Origin: an uncultured Ruficoccus sp.
GTDB lineage: Bacteria; Verrucomicrobiota; Verrucomicrobiia; Opitutales; Cerasicoccaceae
Assembly: GCA_965140785.1 (NCBI GenBank)
Contig: OZ223489.1
Coordinates: forward strand, 50,373 to 114,372
Direction: 5' to 3'
DNA: 64,000 bases
Made by a program: the position numbers and the translations under genes. This document shows positions 30,794 to 40,276 of the stretch, piece by piece. The notes beneath the pieces were generated by a model. It saw only the letters and a list, made by a program, of their open reading frames with translations, was not told where the DNA came from and ran no database searches. The first letter of the stretch is position 1. Each line of letters begins with the position of its first letter.

Positions 30794-31474
30794 ATGGGGA
30801 AATTAGCCGCTTTACTTACCGTGGTCGCGTGCGGACTGACCGTTAACGCTTCCGCGCAGAACCTGCTCGCGTACTGGAATATGGACTCCGTGTCCGTCAG
30901 TGGGAAGCTCGAAGCTGACAACGGCAGCCAGCAAGGTAACGTCTCCATGGCGGCCAAACCCGAAGGTATCTTTATCAATTACCTGACAACCGGCACCGGT
31001 ACTGAGATTAACATCTACCCGTCGAGCACGATTACCCCCGGCAACCAGGCGCTCATTGTTAGCTCGGTCGCTGACATCGGCCAGGCCGCTTACCTCGAGA
31101 TATCGGGACTGAACTTTACAAACCAGACCGATGGTGTCATCTCTTTTGCGATCAAGAGCGAGGACGGGCTGATCTGGAATCAACACATCGATCTCGGCTA
31201 CAAAGTCGGCGCGGGAACGTGGCAAGACTGGGACACCACCGGAACGATTCAAAAAACCGACTGGGAGCTGACTACCTTTGACATCCCCGACGCTGTCAAT
31301 GGCCAGAGCGATGTCAGTGTGCGAATTGAAATCATCGACTGGCTTGCTTTCGTTCACGAACTCGGCATCGACAACATCCAGATCACCGCAGTGCCGGAGC
31401 CGGGCACCTGGGCGCTGATGGCCGGAGTCGGAGCCGCCGGGCTGTTGCTCCTGCGCCGCCGCAAGCGCGGGTAA
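30794..31474 (+). CDS. PEP-CTERM surface protein
   Basis: Signal peptide; VPEPGTWALM + TM + RRRKR. Confidence 0.9.
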   Translation: MGKLAALLTVVACGLTVNASAQNLLAYWNMDSVSVSGKLEADNGSQQGNVSMAAKPEGIFINYLTTGTGTEINIYPSSTITPGNQALIVSSVADIGQAAYLEISGLNFTNQTDGVISFAIKSEDGLIWNQHIDLGYKVGAGTWQDWDTTGTIQKTDWELTTFDIPDAVNGQSDVSVRIEIIDWLAFVHELGIDNIQITAVPEPGTWALMAGVGAAGLLLLRRRKRG

Positions 31475-31511
31475 GGCCGACGAAGCTTCGCTATTATTTT
31501 TCAAGATCCCG

Positions 31512-31540
31512 AGGCCGGAGCATTTCGCTCCGGCCTTTTT
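31512..31540 (+). terminator. Intrinsic terminator
   Basis: AGGCCGGAGC-atttc-GCTCCGGCCT followed by T-run. Confidence 0.8.
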
Positions 31541-31827
31541 CGTGCCCATCGGTCGGGAAATCTGGGGTTCTCTTCCCGCAGGAGCGCCTGCGCGTGGCCT
31601 CCGAGCTCCATCGTCGCCCCACTCCCCCTGAAAACCGGGACCTCTCGTGCCGACTGAAAACAGAACAGGCCGGGAGAAACTCCCGGCCTGCACCATTTAT
31701 AGCTAAGAAACACCGGATCCACTCCGGCGCAAAGAGAAAGCATTTTTGCTATCTATATATAGACCGGGGAAGGCAGGCAATATTCAATCCGTGCCCGCCT
31801 CTCCCCGGCGGAAGGTTGATGGAGCGT

Positions 31828-32919
31828 TTACAGGTCGTCGTCGTCCACGGACTCCAGCGCCGAGGCCTTCTGGTATTCGGTCACGCGGCCCTCGAAGAAG
31901 TTCTGCTCCTTCTTCATATCAATGGCCTCGGAGAGCCAGGGGAAAGGATTGGTGACGCCGGGGTTGAGGATGGGCAGGCGGCAGCCCTCCAGGCGACGGT
32001 CGGCGATGTAGTCGATGTACTGCTCGAACTCCTCGGCGGAGAGGCCCAGGGCGTTGACCGGCAGGCAGTCGCGGATGAATTCCTTTTCCAGCGAAATGGC
32101 CTCCTTCATCATATCGACCAGTTCCTGGCGGAACTCCGCAGTCCACATCTCGGGATTTTCGTCCACCAGGGCGATGAAGAGGTTGCGCAGCAGCTCGATG
32201 TGGTTGGACTCGTCACGCAGGGTGTAGCGGAACATCTGCCCGATGCCGGGGAACTTGTTCTGGCGGTAAAGGGAAAGCACCATGCCGAAGAGCCCGTAGA
32301 ACTGCGTGCCCTCCATGCACTGGCCGAAGAGGAACATGTTCTTGGCTAAGTCCTGCTTGTTGCGGGTGTCGGTCAGGTCGATGTCGCGGCGCATGGCGCG
32401 CGAGTTGGAGACGACGAAGTGGGTCTTTTTCTCGATCGTGGGAATATCCGAGAACATGGCTTCGCACTCGTGCGGATTAATCCCGAGCGAGCTGACCATG
32501 TAAACGAGCGAGTCGGCGTGGATATTCTCCTCATGGGCGTGGCGGCCCAGCACGAGCTTGAGCTCGGCGGCGGTAACGAGCTCGCGCACGACGTGGATGA
32601 TGTTGTCCCCGACAATGCCCTCGGCAGCGGAGAAGTACCCAATGGCCATTTTGATGATCCAGCGGTCGATCTCGGAGATGGCCTTGGAGGTGTCGCGCCA
32701 CTGTTCGCAGTCCTTCTGCATGGGGACGTCCTCGGGTTCCCAGTGGTTGGCCTTCATGTTCTTGTACAGGTCGTAGGCCCACTGATACCGCAGCGGCAGG
32801 ATATTGAAAAACATCGTGTCGCGGCCGTTGATGACGGCCTTGGCCGCCAAGGCCTTTTCGGCTTTGTCCTTGTCGAGGACGAAGGTCTTGTTCCCAATCG
32901 TGATCGTCGTGGTTTCCAT
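31828..32919 (-). CDS. nrdB: Class I ribonucleotide reductase beta subunit
   Basis: HWEPEDVPM, EENIH, EGTQFY, RDESNH, NFFEGRVTEY. Confidence 0.93.
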   Translation of the reverse strand: METTTITIGNKTFVLDKDKAEKALAAKAVINGRDTMFFNILPLRYQWAYDLYKNMKANHWEPEDVPMQKDCEQWRDTSKAISEIDRWIIKMAIGYFSAAEGIVGDNIIHVVRELVTAAELKLVLGRHAHEENIHADSLVYMVSSLGINPHECEAMFSDIPTIEKKTHFVVSNSRAMRRDIDLTDTRNKQDLAKNMFLFGQCMEGTQFYGLFGMVLSLYRQNKFPGIGQMFRYTLRDESNHIELLRNLFIALVDENPEMWTAEFRQELVDMMKEAISLEKEFIRDCLPVNALGLSAEEFEQYIDYIADRRLEGCRLPILNPGVTNPFPWLSEAIDMKKEQNFFEGRVTEYQKASALESVDDDDL

Positions 32920-33017
32920 GCGTCTAGTTCGTGAAATCAGGGTTTGCGGGTGAGAGAAGCGGCGTTATTCGCAACGTCATATTGTCGTAACATAGCCGCA
33001 GAGAGCGTATGGAGGGC

Positions 33018-33046
33018 AGCATGGGGCGGACTGAGTAAGCTGTCAA
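33018..33046 (-). promoter_or_regulatory. Sigma70 promoter of nrdB
   Basis: TTGACA-N17-CATGCT on the minus strand. Confidence 0.6.
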
Positions 33047-33052
33047 CATCGC

Positions 33053-33099
33053 CCACTATATCTAGCCAAGTATTAGAAAAATCACACTAGATATAGATC
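33053..33099. promoter_or_regulatory. Tandem NrdR boxes
   Basis: CCACTATATCTAGCCA (33053) and ACACTAGATATAGATC (33084), 31 bp apart; resemble acaCwAtATaTwGtgt; upstream of nrdB. Confidence 0.8.
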
Positions 33100-33330
33100 A
33101 TTTCAGGCAAAACTCATAAGCGCCGGCGGGCCGCCCTTCTGGCATTTTTACCAGTTCACGCCGTCGCCGTGAGCCTCGCAACGGTAAATTATTTTTTCTT
33201 GTCCACGAGTTATTCACAGCAGGGCATGCCCTGCGGCCCCAGACCGGTGGCTGCCCCGAATACGAGGTTCCAGAAGTAACCAATAGATAGGGTCACGCCG
33301 CGTTCTCTCACCTGCACACGACGTTCGCCT

Positions 33331-33365
33331 CCAATGACCAAGGACCAATAACCAATAACTAATGG
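33331..33365. repeat. 7-mer tandem repeat x5
   Basis: CCAATGA CCAAGGA CCAATAA CCAATAA CTAATGG. Confidence 0.7.
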
Positions 33366-33476
33366 GCACTACCGAAACTTTTGGGGGCGGGAGGGGTTAC
33401 ACGTCGTGTGAATAATGCTCTTGCCAGCCCGCTTCCGGCTTGGCTGCCGACCCGGACCATGCCTACAGTATCTGCA

Positions 33477-34044
33477 ATGCCCGCCCCGAACGAGCACTGT
33501 GACGATCCCGACGCCGCCCTCATGTTGGAAGCCGCCGGCGGGAACGAACAGGCCCTGCGCATGCTGATCGAGAAATGGCAGAGCCCGCTGATCAACTTTT
33601 TCTACCGCTCACTCGGCTCGGTCGAACAGGCCGAGGATCTCGCGCAGATGGTCTTCATCCGCGTGTACCGGGCGGCGGCCAGCTACGAACCCCAAGGCCA
33701 AGTTCTCTACCTATCTTTTTCACATCGCCCGCCGCCTGCTCATCAATGAGTACCGCCGCCAGTCCCGCAAACCGCTGGAGGCGGTGGACCCGGCTGACTT
33801 GCAGGCCGACACGCCGGGCCGCGACAAGCTGGCCCTGATGGAGATCGAAGAAGCCTTTGAACAGGCGCTCGAAACCTTGCCCGAAAACCAGCGCACGGCC
33901 ATTCTTTTACTCAAGCAACAGGAACTCAGCTACGAAGAAATCGCCCAGGCTATGGACACGACCGAAAGCTCGGTCAAAAGCTGGATTCACCGGGCCCGCC
34001 AGAAGCTGAAAGCCGAACTGAAAGATTTTTACCACGCCTCATGA
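33477..34044 (+). pseudogene. ECF sigma factor split by a +1 frameshift
   Basis: Region 2 (AEDLAQMVFIRVY..SYEP) continues in another frame as KAKFSTYLFHIARR..region 4 (SYEEIA..VKSWIHRAR) after CCCC at 33690-33693. Confidence 0.85.
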
Positions 34045-34721
34045 ACTCCGATCCGACAGGCAAAGATCCGCTTGAGCGGCTGCTGGGCAGCCAGCCCGTC
34101 CGCCCCTCGCCCGGCTTTACCGAGAAAACCCTGGCCCGCCTCCGGGCCGAGGGCACGGAGAAGCTGTCCGAGGAGGAACTGGACCGGCGGCTCGACGCCT
34201 GGCTGGCCGACAGGCCGGCGGCAGCGAGCGAGGACTTCAGCCGCCGCGTGCTGGCCGCGGCCACCGCTTCCCGCCCGGTCCGTCGTTTCCTGGGCCTGCC
34301 CGTCTGGGTGGGCGGCCTTGCCGCCGCGCTCGCCATCGGTGGGTTCACCACGTTCGCGGTCCTGCGCGAGCAGCCGAGTCCGCAGCCGCAGACCTTCGCC
34401 GAAGCGGAGGAACTTTCCCCGGTCGCCGGCCCCAAGGCCTCCGCCCCCCTGATGGCCAAAATGTCCGTGGCCGCCGACACCGCCCCCGTCGCCAACCGGG
34501 CCGCCCCGAGCGCACGTATGATGGCCGTCGCCTCCACGCCCCTCGCCGTCGAGGAGGTAGCCGTGACGGAAGAGGAAACGCCGGACTTTCTCTTCGTCTC
34601 CCGCACGGACGCCGAGACCGACGAACTCGCCGACCTCATCCTGATGCAGGACGCGCTGGTCGAAGTCGCCGCCCTGAGCGACGCCGACACGATCGAGGCC
34701 CTCGACCTGCTTGTGAACTGA
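34041..34721 (+). CDS. Probable membrane anti-sigma factor
   Basis: ATGA overlap with the sigma gene; duplicated PSPGFTEKTLARL / ASEDFSRRVLAA motif, then a TM helix. Confidence 0.7.
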   Translation: MNSDPTGKDPLERLLGSQPVRPSPGFTEKTLARLRAEGTEKLSEEELDRRLDAWLADRPAAASEDFSRRVLAAATASRPVRRFLGLPVWVGGLAAALAIGGFTTFAVLREQPSPQPQTFAEAEELSPVAGPKASAPLMAKMSVAADTAPVANRAAPSARMMAVASTPLAVEEVAVTEEETPDFLFVSRTDAETDELADLILMQDALVEVAALSDADTIEALDLLVN

Positions 34722-34746
34722 AATTCTTTTCGCTCATCACTCACCC

Positions 34747-35490
34747 ATGAAGCCGACACTCAAGATTCACCTGCTGCGCCTCGCCCTGCTGGCGGGAGCG
34801 CCCCTACTGTTCGGCTCCCCTGTCATGCTGGCCGCTGACAGCTCAGACTCCGACCAGACACCCGCCGTGACCGCCCCAAGCCCGCCTCCCAACGACCGGC
34901 CGCCTCCCCCACCCCCGGACGAGTTCAGCCCCGATGACAGCCGCAGCCGCCATCACCGCCCTGAACGGCAGCCCCCCAGCCGCCGTCCCGAGGGCATGAC
35001 CAAGGAACTGGCCGCGGTGGAGAAATTTCTCGATATGTCGCCCGAGCAACTGGCCATGATCCGCAACCTCATCGCGCGGATCGAGCAGATGAGCGACGAG
35101 GAAAAAGAAGAGCTGCGCGCGCGCATCCGCAAGATCCGGGAGATGGACGCCGACCGTCGACAGGAACTGATGGAAAGTCACCGCCAGATTCCCTGGGAAG
35201 AACGCATGGTCATGCACCAGTACTGGCGCAGTCTGCCGGAAGCCGAGCGCAAGCAACTGTGGGAGGAAATGAAGAACCTCAGCCCGGAGGAACGCCTCGC
35301 CCACCGGCAGGAAATCCTCAAGCGCGCCCGGGCCGCAGGCTTCGACGAAACCACCTTGCCACCTCCGCCCGAACGCCCTTTTTATAAAAGACTCCGTCCG
35401 GATAATACGTCCGGTGAAAATGCCCCTGGAACCTTCCCCACCGACAAACCGCAACCGACACCCGCAAATTCCTCCAACGACACCGAATAG
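34747..35490 (+). CDS. Exported helical repeat protein (DUF3106/Spy-like)
   Basis: Signal peptide, Pro-rich linker, MSPEQ/MSDEEK/LPEAER/LSPEER repeats. Confidence 0.7.
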   Translation: MKPTLKIHLLRLALLAGAPLLFGSPVMLAADSSDSDQTPAVTAPSPPPNDRPPPPPPDEFSPDDSRSRHHRPERQPPSRRPEGMTKELAAVEKFLDMSPEQLAMIRNLIARIEQMSDEEKEELRARIRKIREMDADRRQELMESHRQIPWEERMVMHQYWRSLPEAERKQLWEEMKNLSPEERLAHRQEILKRARAAGFDETTLPPPPERPFYKRLRPDNTSGENAPGTFPTDKPQPTPANSSNDTE

Positions 35491-35623
35491 CGCAACCCCA
35501 TCTGGGACCGGGACATAGCGTTGTAAAAAAAGTGTGTTTTTTATGAATACATTGGATTTTTCCGTTAAGTGGACTATAGTAGATAAAGAACATCCCGATA
35601 CCCCAGATAGTTAAAAATTTTTC

Positions 35624-35649
35624 TGAAACAAAATCCCCATTTACACGTC
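35624..35649 (+). promoter_or_regulatory. ECF-type promoter
   Basis: TGAAAC-N16-CGTC. Confidence 0.6.
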
Positions 35650-35656
35650 TAACTTA

Positions 35657-35798
35657 ACAGAACACTTTGCCTAATCCCGAATGGGAAAACGGCAGATAGT
35701 AGCGTAGCATAGCAACCGAAGTAGCGAGACAGATTCCATAGCAGAGATTCTGTCGAATTAGTGGAGCCACCTTCCCGTCCCCCCGGGAAGGTGGTTTT
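35657..35798 (+). ncRNA. Candidate sRNA with repeated UAGC motifs
   Basis: ECF promoter upstream, no ORF, two hairpins, terminator at the 3' end. Confidence 0.55.
35766..35798 (+). terminator. Intrinsic terminator
   Basis: GCCACCTTCCCG-loop-CGGGAAGGTGGT-TTT. Confidence 0.8.
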
Positions 35799-35895
35799 GC
35801 TTAAGAAACTCTCACTTTAATGATCGACCCGAAATTCATGAGCGGCGATGCTCGGAGCTTTCCGTCCCGGAACTCATCCCGCCATCCCCTTGACC

Positions 35896-36375
35896 ATGCC
35901 TGAGCGATACCTTCTGTTCGTCTGCACCGGCAACTACTACCGGAGTCGGTTCGCCGAAGCGGTCTTCAATCACCAAGCCGAAGCCGCCGGCCTGAACTGG
36001 CGCGCGTTTTCCCGGGGTCTGTTCCCCGGCTGGGTGGAGGATGACAACGACCTTTCGCCGTACACACGTTCCGCCCTGGCCGAGCGCGAGATCCCCTTGC
36101 ACCACACGGGTAAGAAACGCACGCAACTGACAGTTGAGGACTTGGAACGTGCGGACCACACCATCGTCCTCAAAAAGACCGAGCACCACCCGATGATGCT
36201 AAAGGCCTTCCCCAAGCTGGCCGACAAGGTCGAATACTGGGAAGTGCACGACCTCGACTTTGCCGAACCCGAAGAAGCGTTACCGGAAATCGAACAACAC
36301 GTCGAAAAGCTGGTCCAAAACCTGAGGGAAGATCCCGAGGGGAATTTTCTTCGCTCGGACACCCACAAGCTTTAA
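35896..36375 (+). CDS. Low-molecular-weight protein-tyrosine phosphatase family
   Basis: LFVCTGNYYRS CX5R motif. Confidence 0.85.
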   Translation: MPERYLLFVCTGNYYRSRFAEAVFNHQAEAAGLNWRAFSRGLFPGWVEDDNDLSPYTRSALAEREIPLHHTGKKRTQLTVEDLERADHTIVLKKTEHHPMMLKAFPKLADKVEYWEVHDLDFAEPEEALPEIEQHVEKLVQNLREDPEGNFLRSDTHKL

Positions 36376-36412
36376 GTTTGACCCTTCACCCTCGATAACA
36401 AACAACCACGTT

Positions 36413-37129
36413 ATGAGATTGTACATCGCAAAAACCCTCACCGCACTGGCTGCCGGTAGCCTCATCGCCCTGAGCGCGAGCGCCCAGCCCAACCAGCCTG
36501 GACAGGCGACTCAAGCCGACGACACCGAGCTGATCAAGAACTACGGCTGGCTCGTCACCCCTGATCCCGACCGCCTCGGCATTACCGAGGAAGAGAAAGC
36601 CGCCTTTTTGGCCGGTGTCCAGGCTCACCTGAACGGTGAAGCCGGCCCGGACGATCCGCAGGTCGCCTGGCAGGATATCCAGCAGGCGTTGAGCCAGCGC
36701 TTCGTCAAGATCAACCAGCAAAAGGGCAAGCAGTTCCTCAAGGATCTGGACTCCAACCCGAACGTCAAGAAGTCCCCTACCGGTCTGTACTACGAGATCA
36801 TCGAAGAGGGTGAAGGCCCCAAGGCCGGCCCGAACGACACCGTCAAGGTGGACTACGTCGGCACCCTGGTGGACGGCACGGAGTTTGACAGCTCCTACAA
36901 GCGCGGCCAAGCCGCCACCTTCCCGGTCTCGGGCGTCGTGCCCGGCTTCGGCGAAGGCGTCCAGCTCATCGGCAAGGGCGGCAAGGTCAAGCTGTACATC
37001 CCCTCCGATCTCGGCTACGGCGACAGCGCCCAGCCCGGCAGCCCGATTCCTCCGGGCTCGACCCTCATCTTTGAGGTCGAAATGGTCGAAGTGAACCCCT
37101 CCCCGCAGGGCGGCCCCACCACCAAGTAG
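36413..37129 (+). CDS. FKBP-type peptidyl-prolyl isomerase (FkpA/Mip-like)
   Basis: GLYYEII, YVGTLVDGTEFDSS, LYIPSDLGYG, IPPGSTLIFEVE. Confidence 0.93.
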   Translation: MRLYIAKTLTALAAGSLIALSASAQPNQPGQATQADDTELIKNYGWLVTPDPDRLGITEEEKAAFLAGVQAHLNGEAGPDDPQVAWQDIQQALSQRFVKINQQKGKQFLKDLDSNPNVKKSPTGLYYEIIEEGEGPKAGPNDTVKVDYVGTLVDGTEFDSSYKRGQAATFPVSGVVPGFGEGVQLIGKGGKVKLYIPSDLGYGDSAQPGSPIPPGSTLIFEVEMVEVNPSPQGGPTTK

Positions 37130-37156
37130 TCCGCGTCTTCAACGCTTTTTTTCCCA

Positions 37157-37187
37157 AAGGGAGTCCCACACACGGGGCTCCCTTTTT
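37157..37187 (+). terminator. Intrinsic terminator
   Basis: AAAGGGAGTCCC-loop-GGGGCTCCCTTTTT. Confidence 0.8.
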
Positions 37188-37204
37188 GCAGGGCACGCCC
37201 TGCA

Positions 37205-37357
37205 CCCTACCTGTGTAGGACGAGTGAGATTTGTTTGAACCGGCGACAACCACCATGGCCCATGCAGCCGCGTTGGCGGCGGCACTCCGGCTGGAGCAGC
37301 AATCGTGATCCGTCAGGATCACTGGTCCAGGGCAAGCCCTGGTCACAGGTGCAGGAC
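37205..37357. repeat. Structured dispersed element, copy 2
   Basis: Core 74/80 identical to 8447-8526, with extra internal hairpins before the shared TCACAGGTGCAGGAC end. Confidence 0.85.
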
Positions 37358-37600
37358 CGCGTCGTGCCTCCCTTTTAGTCGCTCCCCGATGTCGAGGTGG
37401 TGAGCGGAAGTGCAGGCTGGGGTCGCACCGCTGAGGTGAGAACTGCTTTTCAGGCCTAAAGGTCGTGCTGTAGGCAGGCCAGGCGACCTAGGCACGCCAG
37501 AAGGTCTGGCACTAAAATAGTTCAAAAGTAAACTATTGTTAATTGACATATTGGCTATTGCTGGTAGTTTATTCCATTCACTCAGCGAAAGCCTTCCCTC

Positions 37601-38077
37601 ATGACAAAGCGCATCCACACGCCGGAAAGCCAGACTCAGGCCGATTTGACATCGGCGCTGCTGCCTGCGCGACGGGCGTGGATCCAGGCCGCCGACAACG
37701 CAATGGGCGTGCGCGAGGCTTCCACTTCGCTGACAATTGTCGCGCTGATGGTCTCACGTCTGGGGCCGGATGTGCAGCAGAAGACGCTGGCGCGCGAGAT
37801 CGGCGTCAACGCCGCCGCTATCGTGCACCTGCTTGATCAGGGTGAAGAGGCGGGGCTGCTGACGCGCACCGAGCTGCCAGAGGACCGCCGCTGCAAGGGC
37901 ATCAACCTGCTCCCCAAGGGGCAGGCACTGGCCGAGGGGATGGAGGTGCGCCTGTGCGACCTGCGGCGAGAGCTGCTCGCCGACGTGCCGGCGGAGGATA
38001 TTGCAACCGCGACACGGGTGCTGCGACTGCTTGAGGAGCGGAGCCTGGAGTCCCTGAAGTGCGATAAGGTGCAATAG
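37601..38077 (+). CDS. MarR/SlyA-family regulator
   Basis: QKTLAREIGV..LLDQGEEAGLLTR..EDRR wHTH. Confidence 0.88.
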   Translation: MTKRIHTPESQTQADLTSALLPARRAWIQAADNAMGVREASTSLTIVALMVSRLGPDVQQKTLAREIGVNAAAIVHLLDQGEEAGLLTRTELPEDRRCKGINLLPKGQALAEGMEVRLCDLRRELLADVPAEDIATATRVLRLLEERSLESLKCDKVQ

Positions 38078-38083
38078 CGGCCC

Positions 38084-40060
38084 ATGAAATTCAAAGCGGC
38101 CCATTGGCTGTTCGCGCTCAAGCTGTACCTGGCGATCATGCTGGCCTTTTTCCTGTCCTCACGGATGGGGCTGGCTCAGACGTACTGGACGGTGGTGACG
38201 TGCTGCGTGGTCATGAACCCGATGAGCGGGGCCATGCGCTCTAAGGCGGCCTACCGCTTCACCGGCACGCTGTGCGCGGGGATTGTCGCGCTGGCGCTGG
38301 CCTCCTGGCTGGCGCATGCGCCGCTGCTCATGCTCATCAGCGTCGGGTTGATCGGCTCGGCGGCTTTTGGGGCTTCGCTGCTTGACCGCACACCGCGCAG
38401 CTATGGGCTCCAGCTCTTTGGCCTCACGCTGGTCATCATTGTCGTGCCCGCGGTGAATGCTCCCGGCACGCTCTTCGACACCATGGTGACGCGGCTGTGC
38501 GAGATCGGCCTGGCCATCATCTGCTGCACGGTCGTTGACAGTGTGATCTTCCCGCGCTCGCTCTGGCCGACCGTCCTCGGGCGGCTCGACAAGTGGCTGG
38601 CCGATATGGAGGAGTGGCTAACCGACGCCTTCGCCGGGCGACAGGCCGATACCGCAGCCACGCACGATCGGCTCAGTGCGCTGGCCGACATCGGCTCGCT
38701 CTCTGTCATGGCGGCGCAACTACGCTACGACCCGCTCGTGACCCGACAGGAGCGGCGGACGGCCTTTTGCATCCAGGCGCGCCTGCTTCAGATGGTGCCG
38801 CTGCTCTACGCCATCTCCGAACGCGTGGCCGATGCCGCTCCGGAAACGCAGGAGAAACTGCGTGGCCCGCTCAGCGAGGTGGTGAAGCGGGCCCATGCGG
38901 GCGAGCCCGCCGACAAGACTTTTCACCAGCAAGTGACGGCGATCGAAGTCCCCGAGGGGCCCGCCGCACTCTGGCGGGGGCTGGTGCGCGATAACCTGGC
39001 GGAGCTGGCCGAGAGGGTGCTCAAGCTTTGGGCGGAGGTGCAGGTTTTTAAGCGAGCGTTGGAGAAGCACGAGCCGCTGCCGGAGGAGCTGGCGGCGGAG
39101 GTGAAGCGTATCCGGACCTTTCCGCTGTGGCCGGACCTCTATCTGGCCCGTCAGGTGTTCCTCGGCTGCGTGCTGACCTACACCGCACTGATTACGATGT
39201 GGGGGCTGACGGGCTGGCCGCAGAGCACGCTGGCGATTTTTCAGGGGGTCGTGACGCTGGCTTTCTGCGGGGGCAGCGACGAGGCAGACCAGGCTGTCCT
39301 GCAGATGGGCAAGGTGCTGGCCTACGCGCTGCTCGCGGCCGGCGTATTCAGCTACGGGCTCCTCCCGCTGGCCAAGGACTTTCCGACCTTCGCGGTCGTG
39401 ATGGCGCTGTTTGTCCTGCCGATGGGGGCGCTGACCGCGAAGAACCCGATCATGATGCTGGTCATGGCCGCCGGGTTCAGCAGCATCAACTTCCAACGGG
39501 TGTACGCGCCGTATGACTTTGGGTACTTTCTGGATGTGTGCCTGGCGACAATGGTGGGTGTTTTCGCCGCGTTTTCCTGCGTGGGCCTCGTGCGCGTGAT
39601 GGGCAGTAAGCACGCGCTGGACCGTCTCCGGCGCTGGGGCCTGCGCGATATTCTCAAGTTAACCCACCATGCCACGCCGCGTGACCGGGACTTGTTCCTG
39701 AACCGCGCCCTGAACCGCATAGGACTGCTGGCCGGGAGGCTGTCCACGGCGGGTGAGGTCCGCCAGAGCAAGAGCATCATGCAGCGTATGCGGGCCGGGG
39801 TGTGGATCGCCGAGCTGCGGCAGCTGGAGAGCGACCTGAGCAGCGAGGAGCGCACGGCGTTCGAGGGAATGTTCGAGACACTGCGGCGGGAGCTGCCCGA
39901 GCCAGAGGTGACGGAACGCCTGCTGACCCGCATCGACGCAACCCTGAGCGCGGCCTGGGGCGGGGGAAGGCGCTCCGCCTGTGATCCTTTCATGCGCAGC
40001 CTGATCGGGTTGCGGCTAGTTTTATTCGAATTTGCCGAGGCCTGGAGGCCGACACGATGA
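38084..40060 (+). CDS. FUSC/AaeB-family efflux membrane protein
   Basis: FALKLYLAIMLA, YWTVVT, KAAYRFTGT, RSYGLQLFG. Confidence 0.9.
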   Translation: MKFKAAHWLFALKLYLAIMLAFFLSSRMGLAQTYWTVVTCCVVMNPMSGAMRSKAAYRFTGTLCAGIVALALASWLAHAPLLMLISVGLIGSAAFGASLLDRTPRSYGLQLFGLTLVIIVVPAVNAPGTLFDTMVTRLCEIGLAIICCTVVDSVIFPRSLWPTVLGRLDKWLADMEEWLTDAFAGRQADTAATHDRLSALADIGSLSVMAAQLRYDPLVTRQERRTAFCIQARLLQMVPLLYAISERVADAAPETQEKLRGPLSEVVKRAHAGEPADKTFHQQVTAIEVPEGPAALWRGLVRDNLAELAERVLKLWAEVQVFKRALEKHEPLPEELAAEVKRIRTFPLWPDLYLARQVFLGCVLTYTALITMWGLTGWPQSTLAIFQGVVTLAFCGGSDEADQAVLQMGKVLAYALLAAGVFSYGLLPLAKDFPTFAVVMALFVLPMGALTAKNPIMMLVMAAGFSSINFQRVYAPYDFGYFLDVCLATMVGVFAAFSCVGLVRVMGSKHALDRLRRWGLRDILKLTHHATPRDRDLFLNRALNRIGLLAGRLSTAGEVRQSKSIMQRMRAGVWIAELRQLESDLSSEERTAFEGMFETLRRELPEPEVTERLLTRIDATLSAAWGGGRRSACDPFMRSLIGLRLVLFEFAEAWRPTR

Positions 40061-40269
40061 TCTCAGAACTCGATATCGCCGGGGTATTCGTTTCCCCGCT
40101 TCTGCTGTGCATGCTCGTAGCTCTGGTGCTGCGGGTGGCGCTTTCGCGCGGCCTTGATGCGCTGGGCCTGTACCGGGTGGTGTGGCATCGTCCGCTCTTC
40201 GACATTTCCCTATATTTCATCCTGCTGGGCCTCTCGTTCGAGGGGCTCAAGTACTTTACCAAAATCTGA
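40057..40269 (+). CDS. DUF1656/AaeX-like small membrane protein
   Basis: ELDIAGVFVSPLL..LYRVVWHRPLFD. Confidence 0.88.
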   Translation: MISELDIAGVFVSPLLLCMLVALVLRVALSRGLDALGLYRVVWHRPLFDISLYFILLGLSFEGLKYFTKI

Positions 40270-40276
40270 TCCGACG

